A DNA stretch of 64,000 nucleotides from Candidatus Eiseniibacteriota bacterium (GTDB lineage Bacteria; Eisenbacteria; RBG-16-71-46; CAVPCR01). The notes beneath the pieces were generated by a model that was given only the letters and a program-made list of their open reading frames with translations, had not been told where the DNA came from and did no database searches. Below, in pieces: positions 50,865 through 60,932 of this stretch (position 1 is the stretch's first letter; every line of letters begins with the position of its first letter). The stretch is taken from contig CAVPCR010000001.1 in the NCBI GenBank assembly GCA_963702435.1, positions 1,440,001 to 1,504,000 on the forward strand. Reading direction: 5' to 3'. A program made the position numbers and the translations under genes.

Positions 50865-51725
50865 TCAGACCGCCCCGACGAAGCTCTGTCCGATCACTCG
50901 CCCGCGGCGCACCCGCCACGGCCTCCGGCCACCATAAGATGCAGATGAACCATCGCCGTGCGACGGCGCACGATCCGCGGCCGCTCCCCCGACCGGCGCC
51001 CCGACCGGCGCCCCGACCGGCACCACCGTGTCGGCATCCACTTCGACCTCGGCGCTCCGGCCGAGCAACGTCACATTCAGCACGAGCCGAACCCGGTCCC
51101 GCCGCACGCCGGCGACCCGGCCCTCGACCCCGCAAAGCAAGCCGCTTGCCACGCGCACGCACATGCCGCGCGCGAGCGCGGGCCCCGCGGCGAGATCCAC
51201 CCCCGCCGCGAGCGCCGCGCGGATCTGTTCGAGCTCCGCGAGGAGTGGAGCCGGGTTGAGGACCGCGATCATCCGCGCGATCGCCCCGCTCTCGAGGAGG
51301 AGATCCCGCAGCGACGGCGCGCAGCAGGCGAACACGTAGCCGGGAAAGAGGGGTACGCGGGGATCGCCGCTCGGGGCCGGGCCGCGGCGAAGCCCGGCCA
51401 GCCCGGCCCGCATCCGGCGGCGCGGCGGGCGGAGGGGAAGGTAATGCCGGACGCCGAGGCGTGCGCAGGCGCGCGCGAGCTTCTTCTCGCATCGCGACCG
51501 CGTCTGGAGAACCCACCAGCCCTCGCCGGACGCCGGGGGGGCAAGGGGATCCGGAGCCGGCGATCCCGCGGGATCGCCGTCCGCCAACGCCGCGCAACCG
51601 GAGGCGGCCGGCCGGGTCGCGTCACGAGCCCCATCGTCCGGGGGGCCGCAGACGTGCTGCCCCGCCTCGCCGACGAGCGGCGCAGCCACATCACCCTGGA
51701 GGGTTGACGGGGGCGAGGGCTCCAT
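50865..51725 (-). CDS. NusG-paralogue transcription antitermination factor (RfaH/UpxY/LoaP-like); start uncertain
   Basis: NGN domain [15 protein letters not shown]...HYLP...[27 protein letters not shown]...[17 protein letters not shown]; low-complexity termini. Confidence 0.88.
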   Translation of the reverse strand: MEPSPPSTLQGDVAAPLVGEAGQHVCGPPDDGARDATRPAASGCAALADGDPAGSPAPDPLAPPASGEGWWVLQTRSRCEKKLARACARLGVRHYLPLRPPRRRMRAGLAGLRRGPAPSGDPRVPLFPGYVFACCAPSLRDLLLESGAIARMIAVLNPAPLLAELEQIRAALAAGVDLAAGPALARGMCVRVASGLLCGVEGRVAGVRRDRVRLVLNVTLLGRSAEVEVDADTVVPVGAPVGAPVGGAAADRAPSHGDGSSASYGGRRPWRVRRGRVIGQSFVGAV

Positions 51726-51864
51726 CCCGGACCTCGAGCTGGCTCGTCGGGTATCCACCGGCGGGGCGCGTGTCCCGCGAGGAACGAACTTCGAAGATAC
51801 CCGCCGCACCGGCCTCCCGCAAGCCGGGATGCGTGCGATCGACAGAATGCGACTCGAGGAAGCT

Positions 51865-51936
51865 GGGGTTGTCGCTGGGCTTGTCGCTGGGGTTGTCGCT
51901 GGGGTTGTCGCCGGATTTGTCGCTGGGGTTGCCGAC
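51865..51936. repeat. Six tandem 12-bp repeats, consensus GGGGTTGTCGCT
   Basis: Units at 51865, 51877, 51889, 51901, 51913, 51925, between tag and the NusG paralogue. Confidence 0.9.
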
Positions 51937-51946
51937 GGGCTGCCGA

Positions 51947-52594
51947 CTACAACGGCTCGTCACCGCGCCGGCGGCCGCCAGTCCTCCTGCGCCGCCCGAC
52001 CTGTCCGTGTCGAAAGCAATCGACCGTGTGGTCGTTCACCATGCCGACCGCCTGCATGAGGGCGTAGCAGATCGTCGGGCCCACGAACTTGAAGCCGCGA
52101 CGCAGGAGATCGCGGCTCAGGGCGTCGGACTCGGGTGTCCGCGCCGGCACCTCGCGGAGCGTGCGCCGGCGATTCACGCGCGGCGCTCCCCCCACGAAGC
52201 TCCACAGATAGGCGTCGAAGCTCCCGAACTCGCGCTGCACGGCGAGGACGGCCCTCGCGTTGCGCACCGTGCTCTCGACCTTGAGGCGGTTGCGAACGAT
52301 GCCGTCATCCCGGAGCAGGCGCTCGACTCGCGCCGGCGTGAAGCGCGCCACCCGCTCCGGATCGAAGCCGGCGAACGCGTCGCGATAGGCCTCACGCTTC
52401 TTGAGGATCGTCTCCCAGCTCAGACCCGCCTGGGCGCCCTCCAGGGTGAGGAACTCGAAGAGCACCCGGTCGTCGTGGACCGGCACGCCCCACTCGCGAT
52501 CGTGATACATGATGCCGAGCGGTGTTCGCGCCCAGCCGCAACGAATCTGCGCGCTTTCGTCGCCGCGCCCTCGCTTCGCGCTCGAACCGACCAC
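51947..52594 (-). CDS. tag: DNA-3-methyladenine glycosylase I
   Basis: RCGWA...YHDREWGVP...LEGAQAGLSW...GFKFVGPT...GMVNDH...C. Confidence 0.95.
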   Translation of the reverse strand: MVGSSAKRGRGDESAQIRCGWARTPLGIMYHDREWGVPVHDDRVLFEFLTLEGAQAGLSWETILKKREAYRDAFAGFDPERVARFTPARVERLLRDDGIVRNRLKVESTVRNARAVLAVQREFGSFDAYLWSFVGGAPRVNRRRTLREVPARTPESDALSRDLLRRGFKFVGPTICYALMQAVGMVNDHTVDCFRHGQVGRRRRTGGRRRGDEPL

Positions 52595-52615
52595 CTGCTG
52601 CTCCGTTGCGCCCGG

Positions 52616-53089
52616 TCAGGGCGCGCTCTTGTCGAGGGACAGGAACATGAACACGCTGCTGCCATTCTCGCTGTAGGATCCGAAGGGTCCGCACGGCTTG
52701 AACCCGGCGCTCCGGTACAGAGCGTGCGCGGGCCGGAACGCGGGATGCCGGCCGGTCTCGAGGTAGAGCCTCCGATACCCGCGGGACCGGGCGACCTCGA
52801 TGATGTGATTCAGGAGCGCCCGGCCGGCACCGGTCCTGCGCAGCGCGCTCGGCGTGCGCATGGACTTGATCTCCCCCGCCGCCGGTGAAAGCTCCTTCAA
52901 GGCTGCGCAGCCCAGGAGCGTGCCGTCGCTCCAGGCCGTCCAGAAGGTGATGCCCGGCGTCCTGAGCTGGCCTGCATCGAAGGCGAAGACCTGGTCGGGC
53001 GGCGTGATCTCGTACATGTTCCGCAGGTGCTCTTCGAGAAGCGCCAGCACCTCGGGTCGCGACAGATCGTCCACTTCTATCCTGAGCAT
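52616..53089 (-). CDS. GNAT family N-acetyltransferase
   Basis: GEIKSMRT...RRTGAGRALL...LYLETG...ALY...GF..CGPFG.Y. Confidence 0.9.
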   Translation of the reverse strand: MLRIEVDDLSRPEVLALLEEHLRNMYEITPPDQVFAFDAGQLRTPGITFWTAWSDGTLLGCAALKELSPAAGEIKSMRTPSALRRTGAGRALLNHIIEVARSRGYRRLYLETGRHPAFRPAHALYRSAGFKPCGPFGSYSENGSSVFMFLSLDKSAP

Positions 53090-53179
53090 GGTGGACTTCC
53101 GCCCCCGCTGCTGCGCGCGCGTTCTCGACGATGACGAGCCGGGCGAGCGGGGTCACGAAGCCCGTCCTCCCGGCGCGGT

Positions 53180-53788
53180 CTACGGCATGTCGACCGCGAC
53201 CCCGACCTCGAAATCGATCCACGACTGGCTCGGCGCATCGCCCGCTTCGAGGACGTAGTTGTAGCGCACGTTGAATACGCCGCGCGTGTAGTAATCGGCG
53301 AACGGGAGATGGACGCCCACTTCCGGCGCGAAGCCGAAGTGCCAGTTGTCCTCATCGGCGGCCAGGTAGCTGATGTTCAGCTTCCGATCGACGAAGTAGG
53401 TGCCGGCACCCATGCCCATGTAGAACCGCATGTACCCGGCTTCCGCCGGCATCGGGTAGTAGCGGAACATGGCCAGGATCGGGACCGCGTTCGTGTAGCG
53501 GAACTGGTCCCCCGAGATGTCGACGTTGTCGATCGAGAAGAGCTCGTCGGTCTGTTCCCAGAACGAGTTGAACCCGAAGCCCGCACCGGCGGACACCTTG
53601 GGATTCACCATCCAGTGCCATTCGAGTCCCAGACCGCGAAAGCTGAAGTCCCCGGTGAAATCGCTCGTGTTCGGGAGCGGCGCCGACATCCGGTAGTCGA
53701 TGACCCAGTACTTGTCGTTGGCCCGGGCTTCGCCGCCGAAGGCCGCGATGGCGAGCAGCACCCCCGCAACTGCCATCCAGATCCGCAT
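53180..53788 (-). CDS. Outer-membrane beta-barrel protein
   Basis: GGAGGAG SD, signal peptide, amphipathic aromatic strands, HFGFAPEVG. Confidence 0.8.
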   Translation of the reverse strand: MRIWMAVAGVLLAIAAFGGEARANDKYWVIDYRMSAPLPNTSDFTGDFSFRGLGLEWHWMVNPKVSAGAGFGFNSFWEQTDELFSIDNVDISGDQFRYTNAVPILAMFRYYPMPAEAGYMRFYMGMGAGTYFVDRKLNISYLAADEDNWHFGFAPEVGVHLPFADYYTRGVFNVRYNYVLEAGDAPSQSWIDFEVGVAVDMP

Positions 53789-53820
53789 CGCTCCTCCCCT
53801 CCGTGGCGTCGTGGATGCGC

Positions 53821-54486
53821 TCATTGCACGTTCCCGGTTCTTAGCCTGAGATAGGTCGACTGGTCGAAGGACCGATCGATGACCTCCCGGATGCGTGCCG
53901 TGCTCGTGGCGCCATCGAGCAGCCCGCTGCCGATGGCCGACCAGATCATCGGAATCGTCCCGGACTCCGGATCGCGGTGCTTCAGGTCGAACATGTTGAG
54001 AACGAGAGTCCCGGCCGTGAAGTTCACCGTATCGTAGCCCGGGTACCAGCCCCAACCCCCGCAGCCATACCCGTACCAGCCGTACCATTCGCACCACGGA
54101 TCGTAGTACCAGACGGTGTAGTCGATCGTGGCGTACGAGCAGGTCACGACCACATCGGGTGGGTTCTCCTCGCTGGGATTCTGCGCCTCGACATAACCGA
54201 GGGCTTCCATGTTGCTGCGCGCGGACTCGAGAGTCTGGTCGTACAGGTCATCGTCCAGCGTCGACGGCGTTCCCGGCTCGGCGGCCAGGTCGACGACCGT
54301 GTCCGCCACCGCGTAGGTGCGCAGGCTCTGGAAGTCGGCTTCCTCGTCGTGGACCGTGGCCACGATGTCGCTCCGGCTCAGGTCCTCCACATCACCCGGG
54401 TAGCAGCCGGCGACGAGCGCCAGCGCGACGGCGGCGAGGAGGCCAAACCCGGGACTTCTCGCCCCCCTCGGCGAAACGATGTACAT
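53821..54486 (-). CDS. DUF4136-like lipoprotein
   Basis: VAGC lipobox, DFQSLRTYA, W/Y/G-rich loop, GTLVL.M.D, F.QS.YL. Confidence 0.8.
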   Translation of the reverse strand: MYIVSPRGARSPGFGLLAAVALALVAGCYPGDVEDLSRSDIVATVHDEEADFQSLRTYAVADTVVDLAAEPGTPSTLDDDLYDQTLESARSNMEALGYVEAQNPSEENPPDVVVTCSYATIDYTVWYYDPWCEWYGWYGYGCGGWGWYPGYDTVNFTAGTLVLNMFDLKHRDPESGTIPMIWSAIGSGLLDGATSTARIREVIDRSFDQSTYLRLRTGNVQ

Positions 54487-54626
54487 GAAGCTCCTCCTTC
54501 CTTGGCGCGCCGGGCGGCCGGGCTCGACGAGCAGCAGCGCACCGCGCAAAACGCGGGGAGTGTGGGTTACGCTTGCGCCGGAAGTCAAGGCAGCGCATCG
54601 CCCCGGCGCCCACTACCCGCGCGCGG

Positions 54627-55412
54627 CTAGTATCCGATGAGGACGACATCTCCTCCGCCCGTCGCCAGGCGAATCTCCCCGGCGCCTGCACCGAGGATGC
54701 CGGTCAGCGAGCCCGAACTTTGCACCACGTTGGTGAGCGAGAGGTTGATGACCGTGACGTTGCCGGCGCCGGTCAACAGGGAAACCCGCGCCGAGGCGAG
54801 ACTCTGCACTTGCAGGGCAATGCGGCCTTCGTCCGCGGTGGCGATGCATTCGCCGCCGGTCGGCAGCCACAAGTGGATCGAGATGTCCCCGCTGATCGTG
54901 TCGATGCGGCAGCTCCCGGTATGCTCGTTGACCGTGACCGGCCCCCCGCTCCAGATCTCGAGATCGGACTGCAGGTAGGAGACGCGCGCTTCGCCGGCGA
55001 CCCAGAGCAGGCAGCCCTTCCGGGCCGGGATGCCGAGCGTGAGCTGAGCGGAGTAGAAGCGCCCCTCGGTATCCAGCGGAGCGTCGACCAGGACGCCGAG
55101 CGTGTCGGGGGGGATGGCCATGTCGAGCAGCCTGATGAAGGTCAGGGCCGCGCGCGCCGCGTCCGGGGTGGGGGCGGTCACCGACTTGTCGAGAACCCAG
55201 CGCATGAGCGGGCCGACGTTCTCACCGTTGACGATGAGGGGACCGATCGGATTGACGGCGAGAACCGCGGTCTGCGTGGTGAGAGTGATGTTGCCCTGGT
55301 CCCGGCCGGTCGCGGTCGCGGGGGGCTGGGTCGATGAATCGCCGCAAGCGAACGCGGAGAGAAGGAGCGTGGCCGCCAGCGGCGCGGCGCAGCGAGAGGC
55401 GGACCGGTTCAT
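54627..55412 (-). CDS. Lipoprotein with DUF4097-like beta-strand repeats
   Basis: AFAC lipobox; repeated T..G.I motifs. Confidence 0.7.
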   Translation of the reverse strand: MNRSASRCAAPLAATLLLSAFACGDSSTQPPATATGRDQGNITLTTQTAVLAVNPIGPLIVNGENVGPLMRWVLDKSVTAPTPDAARAALTFIRLLDMAIPPDTLGVLVDAPLDTEGRFYSAQLTLGIPARKGCLLWVAGEARVSYLQSDLEIWSGGPVTVNEHTGSCRIDTISGDISIHLWLPTGGECIATADEGRIALQVQSLASARVSLLTGAGNVTVINLSLTNVVQSSGSLTGILGAGAGEIRLATGGGDVVLIGY

Positions 55413-55455
55413 GGTCCCTCCGGCACAGGCGTGGCGCGTGTTATGAACTCCCTCT

Positions 55456-56680
55456 TCACAAGCGGGCGCGGAACGCCCGCGCGTAGCCGGTGAGCTCGAC
55501 GAAGCCGCGCCCGGCTGAGCGGCGCGCCGGCGCGCATGCCGCGGACGTTCACCGCACCTTCCCAGTAGGTGACACCGGTCGATTCACGCGTCACGAGCTC
55601 CTGGTCGGCAAGCCGCGGCTCGATCGTGAGATCGAGCGCCGCTCCCGGCACCGCGACCCGCCAGCGCGCAGGATACACGGCTCCGCTCGCCGGGCTTCGC
55701 CAGTCGCCCGCGACGACCACCGAGAACGCGTCCCGCGCGAGCGGTGTGACGCGTCCGCTCCGATCGATGAGGCTCCCGCTCGAGGCCGGCGCCGGCGTTC
55801 CATCGGCACGGCGGAGGAGATAGAGCATGAGCTCGGTGCCGTCGTCGAGTTGGAGGCCGAACCAGTCCCAGCCGACGAGATCGGCGGCGAGCTCGCCGGT
55901 CGTGAATTCGTGGTCCATCCACGCTTCGCCGCGCACGCGCACCGCGCGCTCCCCGACGCGCACGCTTCCAGTGGCCGACATGCGCGGGAGCGAGTAGTAG
56001 TAGGAAGCCTGGCCCGGCGCTTCGCCCTTCCGGCTGTATCCGGCCTTCCCATGCAGTGCGGGCGGCTTCGTGGGCACGAGGGTGAGATCGACGGCGTGCT
56101 CGTCGCGCTCCGCGGCGCGCAGGCGATGGCTGCCGTCCGCAGCGAGCTCGACCGACCAGTCGTCGATCCACGCGCGATAGGCGGCCGTGTCGGCGCCGGC
56201 GAGGCCCAGCGCGTCGCGCATCGTCCTCTCGGCGACGTGGAAGCGGCGCGCGCCGAAATCGCCGAGCGCGAGATGGGCGAAGTAGATGTCGCGGAGCGCC
56301 CAGGCCGAGGAGCGCGGCGGGTCGGACCGGGCGACCCCGCTCCGGAAGAAGGTGAGCTGGAAGCCGAGATCGGCCGGCCTCTCCGGGCCGGGCGCCGCGC
56401 CCGGCGAGTCGCCCGCGGCGCCGGTCGAGTCGCCGGCGATCCACAGGTGCCCGGTGTAGTACCACCACTCGGTGCGATAGGCGGGGTGCGCGGCGTGGTC
56501 GGCGGGGAAACGGAGGTCGAGTCCGGGCTCGACGGCGCGAAACGACGAGCCGGCGGGCACGTCCGGCGGCGCGTCCGGTGGCGCGTCCGGTGGCACGTCC
56601 GGCGGCGCGTCAGGCGACGCCTCAGCAGCAAACTGCGCCCAACAGCAGAATATCACGACGACCGCGGACAGCCTCCGCAT
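55456..56680 (-). CDS. AttH/CrtC lipocalin-like protein; apparent +1 frameshift at ~55511
   Basis: FPADH.AHP.YRTEWWYYTG, QLTFFR, SYYYSLPR, AWMDHE, WDWF, YWEG; GRGFVELTGY continues in another frame. Confidence 0.85.
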
Positions 56681-56774
56681 GGTGTGATCCTTGCTCCAGA
56701 AAAGCGGAACCCGCGATCCGCCTGATCGCGGATCGCGGGCTCCTCGTGCTGCCGGCGCGCCGCGCCGCGCGCGA

Positions 56775-57485
56775 CTACTTGACCTCGATCGTGACCTTCT
56801 CCATCACGAGCTTCTCGCTCGTCTGGCCGCCCGTCGATCCGGCCTTCTCGAGCGCAACGAGCGTCTCCTTGCCCTCGACCACCTCGCCGAAGATCGTGTG
56901 CTTGCCGTCGAGCCACGGCGTGGCCTTGAAGGTCAGGAAGAACTGGCTGCCGTCGGTTCCGGCGCCGGCGTTGGCCATCGAGAGCAGACCCGGCTTGTCG
57001 TGCTTGACGCTCGGGTCGAACTCGCCGCCGTACTTGTAGCCGGGGCCGCCGGTGCCCGTCCCGAGCGGGCAGCCGCCCTGGGCCATGAAGCCGGTGATGA
57101 CGCGATGGAAGCCGAGACCGTCGTAGAAGCCGAGCTTCGTCAGATAGATGAAGCTCGTCACGTGCATGGGGGCGACCTTCGGCATGAACTTGATGAGGAT
57201 CGGACCCTTGTTGGTCGTCATGCGCGCGTAATAGGTGTGCTCGGGATCGAAAGTCGCGACCTCGGGCTTGGGCACGACCGTGCGCCAGTTCGCGTCGGAC
57301 TTGTTCACGTTCGCCTTCACAATCATCTCGTCGATCTGCGTCATCGCCTTGTCCTTCGTGGTGGCGCCCGCGCTGGCCGCCGGCTTTGCCGCCTCGGTCG
57401 ACGGCTTCTCATCACCGGCCGCGACCGGCCCGGCGACGAGGAGGACACAAAGGGCTAGCGTGCTCATCAGGGGCATTGTCCGCAT
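56775..57485 (-). CDS. Exported cyclophilin-type peptidyl-prolyl isomerase
   Basis: FYDGLGFHRVITGFMAQGG.P.GTGTGGPGY, LSMANAG, GSQFF, LDGKHTIFG. Confidence 0.95.
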   Translation of the reverse strand: MRTMPLMSTLALCVLLVAGPVAAGDEKPSTEAAKPAASAGATTKDKAMTQIDEMIVKANVNKSDANWRTVVPKPEVATFDPEHTYYARMTTNKGPILIKFMPKVAPMHVTSFIYLTKLGFYDGLGFHRVITGFMAQGGCPLGTGTGGPGYKYGGEFDPSVKHDKPGLLSMANAGAGTDGSQFFLTFKATPWLDGKHTIFGEVVEGKETLVALEKAGSTGGQTSEKLVMEKVTIEVK

Positions 57486-57636
57486 CTTGTTCAAACCTCT
57501 TCGATTACGTTCGATTACGGGTCCAGGCGCCGGGCTCCAAGGGAGGGCGGAACGGGGGCCTGCCGGCGCAGCGGTCGGGGATGATACCACGCTCGGGGCG
57601 GCCGGGTTTCCGGGCGCGGAGCTCCCGGGGGCCGCC

Positions 57637-58961
57637 TCAGCGCCCGCCCTGGAGGCCGCGGGCCTTGATCCCGCCCCAGGTGGCCGGGGCCACCGCGCTC
57701 GGGCAGTCGGTCGCCGGGAGGGCGCCGATCAAGCCGCACGCTCCCGACTGCGGCGGCGCGCAGGGCGAAGCGGCGTTCAGGTGGTAATCGTTCACCGGGC
57801 GATTGCAGAAGAGCGGGTCGGCCGACAGGTTGCCCGCCGCCCCGGCCTGGCTCGCGATGCACCCCGTCCAGTCGCCGCCCGCGTTGCCGAACAGGTTCGA
57901 GCAGCTGAGGGTCGCCGTCGCGCTCGGATCGGCGCAGGTGACTGCCTCCCCCGGATCGTTGAAGGCGATGATCGTGTTCGTGATGGTCGCATCGACGTCG
58001 CCGTCGATGACAAGGCCGGCGGAAGGATTGCCGGCGATCGTGCAGTTGGCGAGCGCGAGCGTCGCCGTGTGACCGATGCTCGCGCGGAGGATGATCGCGC
58101 CGACCGAGTTGCCATGGAAGAAGACAGCGATTCAGGGTGGTGCGCGCCTCGTTGGATGCGATCAGGCCGCCGCCGGAGGAGGTCGCCGTGTTGTTGGCGA
58201 GGATGCAGTCGTTGAGCGTCACCTGACCGTCGCGAGCGAGGACTCCGCCACCCGATCCGGCGAAGTTCTCGGTGAAGGCGCAGTCGTTGAATGTCACCTG
58301 GGTATCCGCCCCGATGCACATGACCGCTCCTCCCTGGACCAGGGCGATGTTCTGCGAGAAGATGCAGAGGACAAACGTCGTCTCGCACCCCGTCGCAGAC
58401 CACACCCGCACCCTGCTGGCTCGCCGAGTTGCCGGTGACGGTGCACTCGCGCAACGCCGGCGCCGCTCCGCTGCTGCTGAGGAGCGCGAGTCCACCGCCG
58501 ATGCTCGCGGTATTCGTATCGAAGATGCAGCGAAGGATGGACGGTGCGGATTCGTCGCAGAGGATGGCGCCGCCCCAGAACTCGGTCCCGAACCCGACCG
58601 TCTTCCCGTTCCTGATCGTGAAACCGTCGACGACAGCGGCGTTGGTCTCGCCTGTGTGGAAGCGGATGGCGCGACCTGCCTCCTGGCAGTCGATGATGGT
58701 GGTCAATGCTCCGGCTTCCGAGCGGAGGACGAGGTCCTTGCCCGCGAAGTCGAGATCGCGATTGTCGGGGCCCGAGTAGGTCCCGGGAGCGACGAGCACC
58801 GTGTCACCTGATGCCGCGGCGGCGATGCCGGCGGAGAGCGTCGGCTGATCGGCGGGCACGCGGACCGTGAGGGCAAAGGCCGGCGCGGCGAGGACGCCGA
58901 ACGCCGTGGCGAGGACCAGCCGGACGAAAGCCGGCGACGGGCGAAGGGCGTGCGGGGTCAT
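57637..58961 (-). pseudogene. Secreted parallel beta-helix repeat protein with TWGGIK C-terminus; two apparent frameshifts (~58390, ~58120)
   Basis: Signal peptide, VPADQPT..GDTVLVAPGTY, GGA/F..N repeats across three frames, GNLSADPLFC...SPC...IGA...ATWGGIKA. Confidence 0.75.
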
Positions 58962-59092
58962 GGACCAGCTCCTTCGGCTTGGGGTGTACGGGCGGAGGCT
59001 CGCTCCGCGGCGGGAGAATGCCGGAGCGGCGACCGGGATGCAACTTGCGACGCGCGGCCGCCCGTCCTCCCCGCTTGCCACGGCCCCGGAGC

Positions 59093-59120
59093 TGTCACAT
59101 CCTCGGGGCGGGCGGTGTTG
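59093..59120 (+). promoter_or_regulatory. Candidate ECF autoregulatory promoter
   Basis: TGTCACA-N15-GTGTTG about 55 nt upstream of the ECF gene. Confidence 0.4.
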
Positions 59121-59174
59121 TTCCTGCGAACGGGGCGAGGCGCGGCGGCCCGCCGGGCCGCCCTTCTTCCACCC

Positions 59175-59729
59175 GTGAGGGCGCTGTTGACTCTGACCGA
59201 CGAGACGTTCGAAACCGCGTTCCACCGGCACTGGGCCCGCGTCGTCGCCGTTGTCCTCCGCCTGGTCGGCAACCGGGAGGATGCCGAGGAGATCGCCATC
59301 GACGTGTTCCTCAAGCTCCACCGGAATCCGCATCCGGACGGGGACGCGCCCGCGGGCTGGCTCTACCGCACGGCAACGCGCGCCGGGCTGAACGAGCTCC
59401 GTTCCCGTCGCCGGCGCGCTGAGTACGAACGCGCCGGCGGCCGCGGGGCGAGCGCCCTCGATCCCCCGGCCGATCCGGGGGGCGAAGTCGAGCGGGCGGA
59501 GACCAGGGCCCGCGTGCGCGCGGTGCTTGCGGGGATGAAGGAACGCTCGGCCGAGATCCTGCTCTTGCGCCACTCGGGGCTCGCCTACGCGGAGATCGCC
59601 GCTGCGGTTGGCGTGGCGCCGGGGTCGGTGGGGACGATGCTGGCGCGCGCCGAGCGCGAGTTCGAGGAGCACTACCGCCGCGGCGAGGCGGCGCCCGCGG
59701 GGGTCGCAGCGCCGCCCGAGGAGGATTGA
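59175..59729 (+). CDS. ECF sigma factor
   Basis: Region 2 DAEEIAIDVFLKL...GWLYR.A; region 4 SGLAYAEIAAAVG...SVGTMLARA. Confidence 0.9.
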   Translation: MRALLTLTDETFETAFHRHWARVVAVVLRLVGNREDAEEIAIDVFLKLHRNPHPDGDAPAGWLYRTATRAGLNELRSRRRRAEYERAGGRGASALDPPADPGGEVERAETRARVRAVLAGMKERSAEILLLRHSGLAYAEIAAAVGVAPGSVGTMLARAEREFEEHYRRGEAAPAGVAAPPEED

Positions 59730-59732
59730 GAA

Positions 59733-60872
59733 ATGACGATGCATCCGGATGAAGGAACCCTCAGGGCCCATCTCGATCGCGAGCTCGCGGCAGGCGCGGC
59801 CGCGGAGGTCGCCGCGCATCTCGCCGCGTGCACGGAGTGCGCCGGGCGGGCCAGCGCGATGAGCGGGCGCGCCGCGCGCGTGGCGGCGGAGCTCGAGGCG
59901 CTTTCGCCGGCGGCGGAAGCCGCCGCGGCGACCCCGCCGGCAGCAGCCCGCGAGCGCCTTTCGGCACTGGAGAGCAAGATCGCTCCGCTCCCGCGTCCCC
60001 CGCGGCGCCGGCGCGCGCTGTGGGCGGGGCTCGCGGCGGCTGCCGCGATCGTCGCCCTCTTCACCATCCCGCCGCTCCGCGCGATAGCTGTCGACTTCCT
60101 CGGCCTCTTCCGCGTCGAGCAGGTCGCCGTCGCCCCGGTAAACCCCGGCGACATGCCCGCGCGCCTCGGCTCCTCCGCCCAGCTCGGAGCGCTCCTCTCC
60201 GATCAGGTCCATGTCGAGTCGAGCGGCGAGCCTGCCTACATGGCCGATCCGGGCCAGGCCGCCGCGGCCGCCGGGTTCCACGTTCGCATGCCCTCGCTCC
60301 TCGCGTCTCCCGACGAGCTCGCGGTCCAGCCGGCGGGACAGGCCACGATCCGCGTCGATCTCGCGCGCGTGCGTGCCGTCCTCCGCGAGATCGATCGCGA
60401 TGCAGCCGAGCTGCCGGCGGAGCTCGACGGCGCCGAGATCGGGATCGACTTCCCGAAGAGCGTGCGCGCCTGCTGGGGCGATTGCCCGCGGCCGGAGGAA
60501 CACGGTACGGAGAACCCACCCGACCGCCAGGGCATCCTCCTCGTCCAGCTCCCGAGCCCCGCGGTCGCGGCTCCAGCCGGCTTGCCCGTCGATCGCATCG
60601 GTGCGGCCTTCCTCGAGATCATGGGTATGCCGCGCGCGGAGGCGGTGCGCTTCAGCGAGAACGTGGACTGGGCGACGACGCTCGTGATCCCGATCCCGCG
60701 GTACTCGACCTCGTATCAGGAAGTGACCGTGGACGGAGTCCGGGGGACTCTCATCCGGCACTCCGGGCGCCTCTCCTACATGCTCCTCTGGGTGAAGGAC
60801 GGCGTCATCTACGCGCTCGCCGGATCGGGCGAGGCGGCGCGCGGGATCGAGATCGCCAGCTCGCTCCGGTAG
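59733..60872 (+). CDS. Zinc-finger (zf-HC2) anti-sigma factor with TM and extracytoplasmic domain
   Basis: HLAACTEC motif, one TM helix, adjacent to the ECF gene. Confidence 0.85.
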   Translation: MTMHPDEGTLRAHLDRELAAGAAAEVAAHLAACTECAGRASAMSGRAARVAAELEALSPAAEAAAATPPAAARERLSALESKIAPLPRPPRRRRALWAGLAAAAAIVALFTIPPLRAIAVDFLGLFRVEQVAVAPVNPGDMPARLGSSAQLGALLSDQVHVESSGEPAYMADPGQAAAAAGFHVRMPSLLASPDELAVQPAGQATIRVDLARVRAVLREIDRDAAELPAELDGAEIGIDFPKSVRACWGDCPRPEEHGTENPPDRQGILLVQLPSPAVAAPAGLPVDRIGAAFLEIMGMPRAEAVRFSENVDWATTLVIPIPRYSTSYQEVTVDGVRGTLIRHSGRLSYMLLWVKDGVIYALAGSGEAARGIEIASSLR

Positions 60873-60932
60873 CTCGCGGCAGAGGCCACCGATGTCCACC
60901 CGCAAGACGCTTGCGACGAGCGCGACGAGCGC

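Noticed and set aside
50700..50960. LexA/SOS box upstream of intI
   Set aside because: No CTGT-N8-ACAG, GAAC-N4-GTTC or GTTC-N7-GTTC found by eye; a lineage-specific box cannot be excluded.
50698..51597. 300-aa N-terminal extension of IntI in the 661-aa ORF call
   Set aside because: Low-complexity Arg/Gly/Ala translation overlapping the NusG paralogue in another frame; a good SD and ATG exist at 50697.
56556..56620. 12-bp tandem repeats near the start of the attH-like gene
   Set aside because: They encode a PDAP/PDVP linker after the signal peptide; ordinary low-complexity coding sequence.
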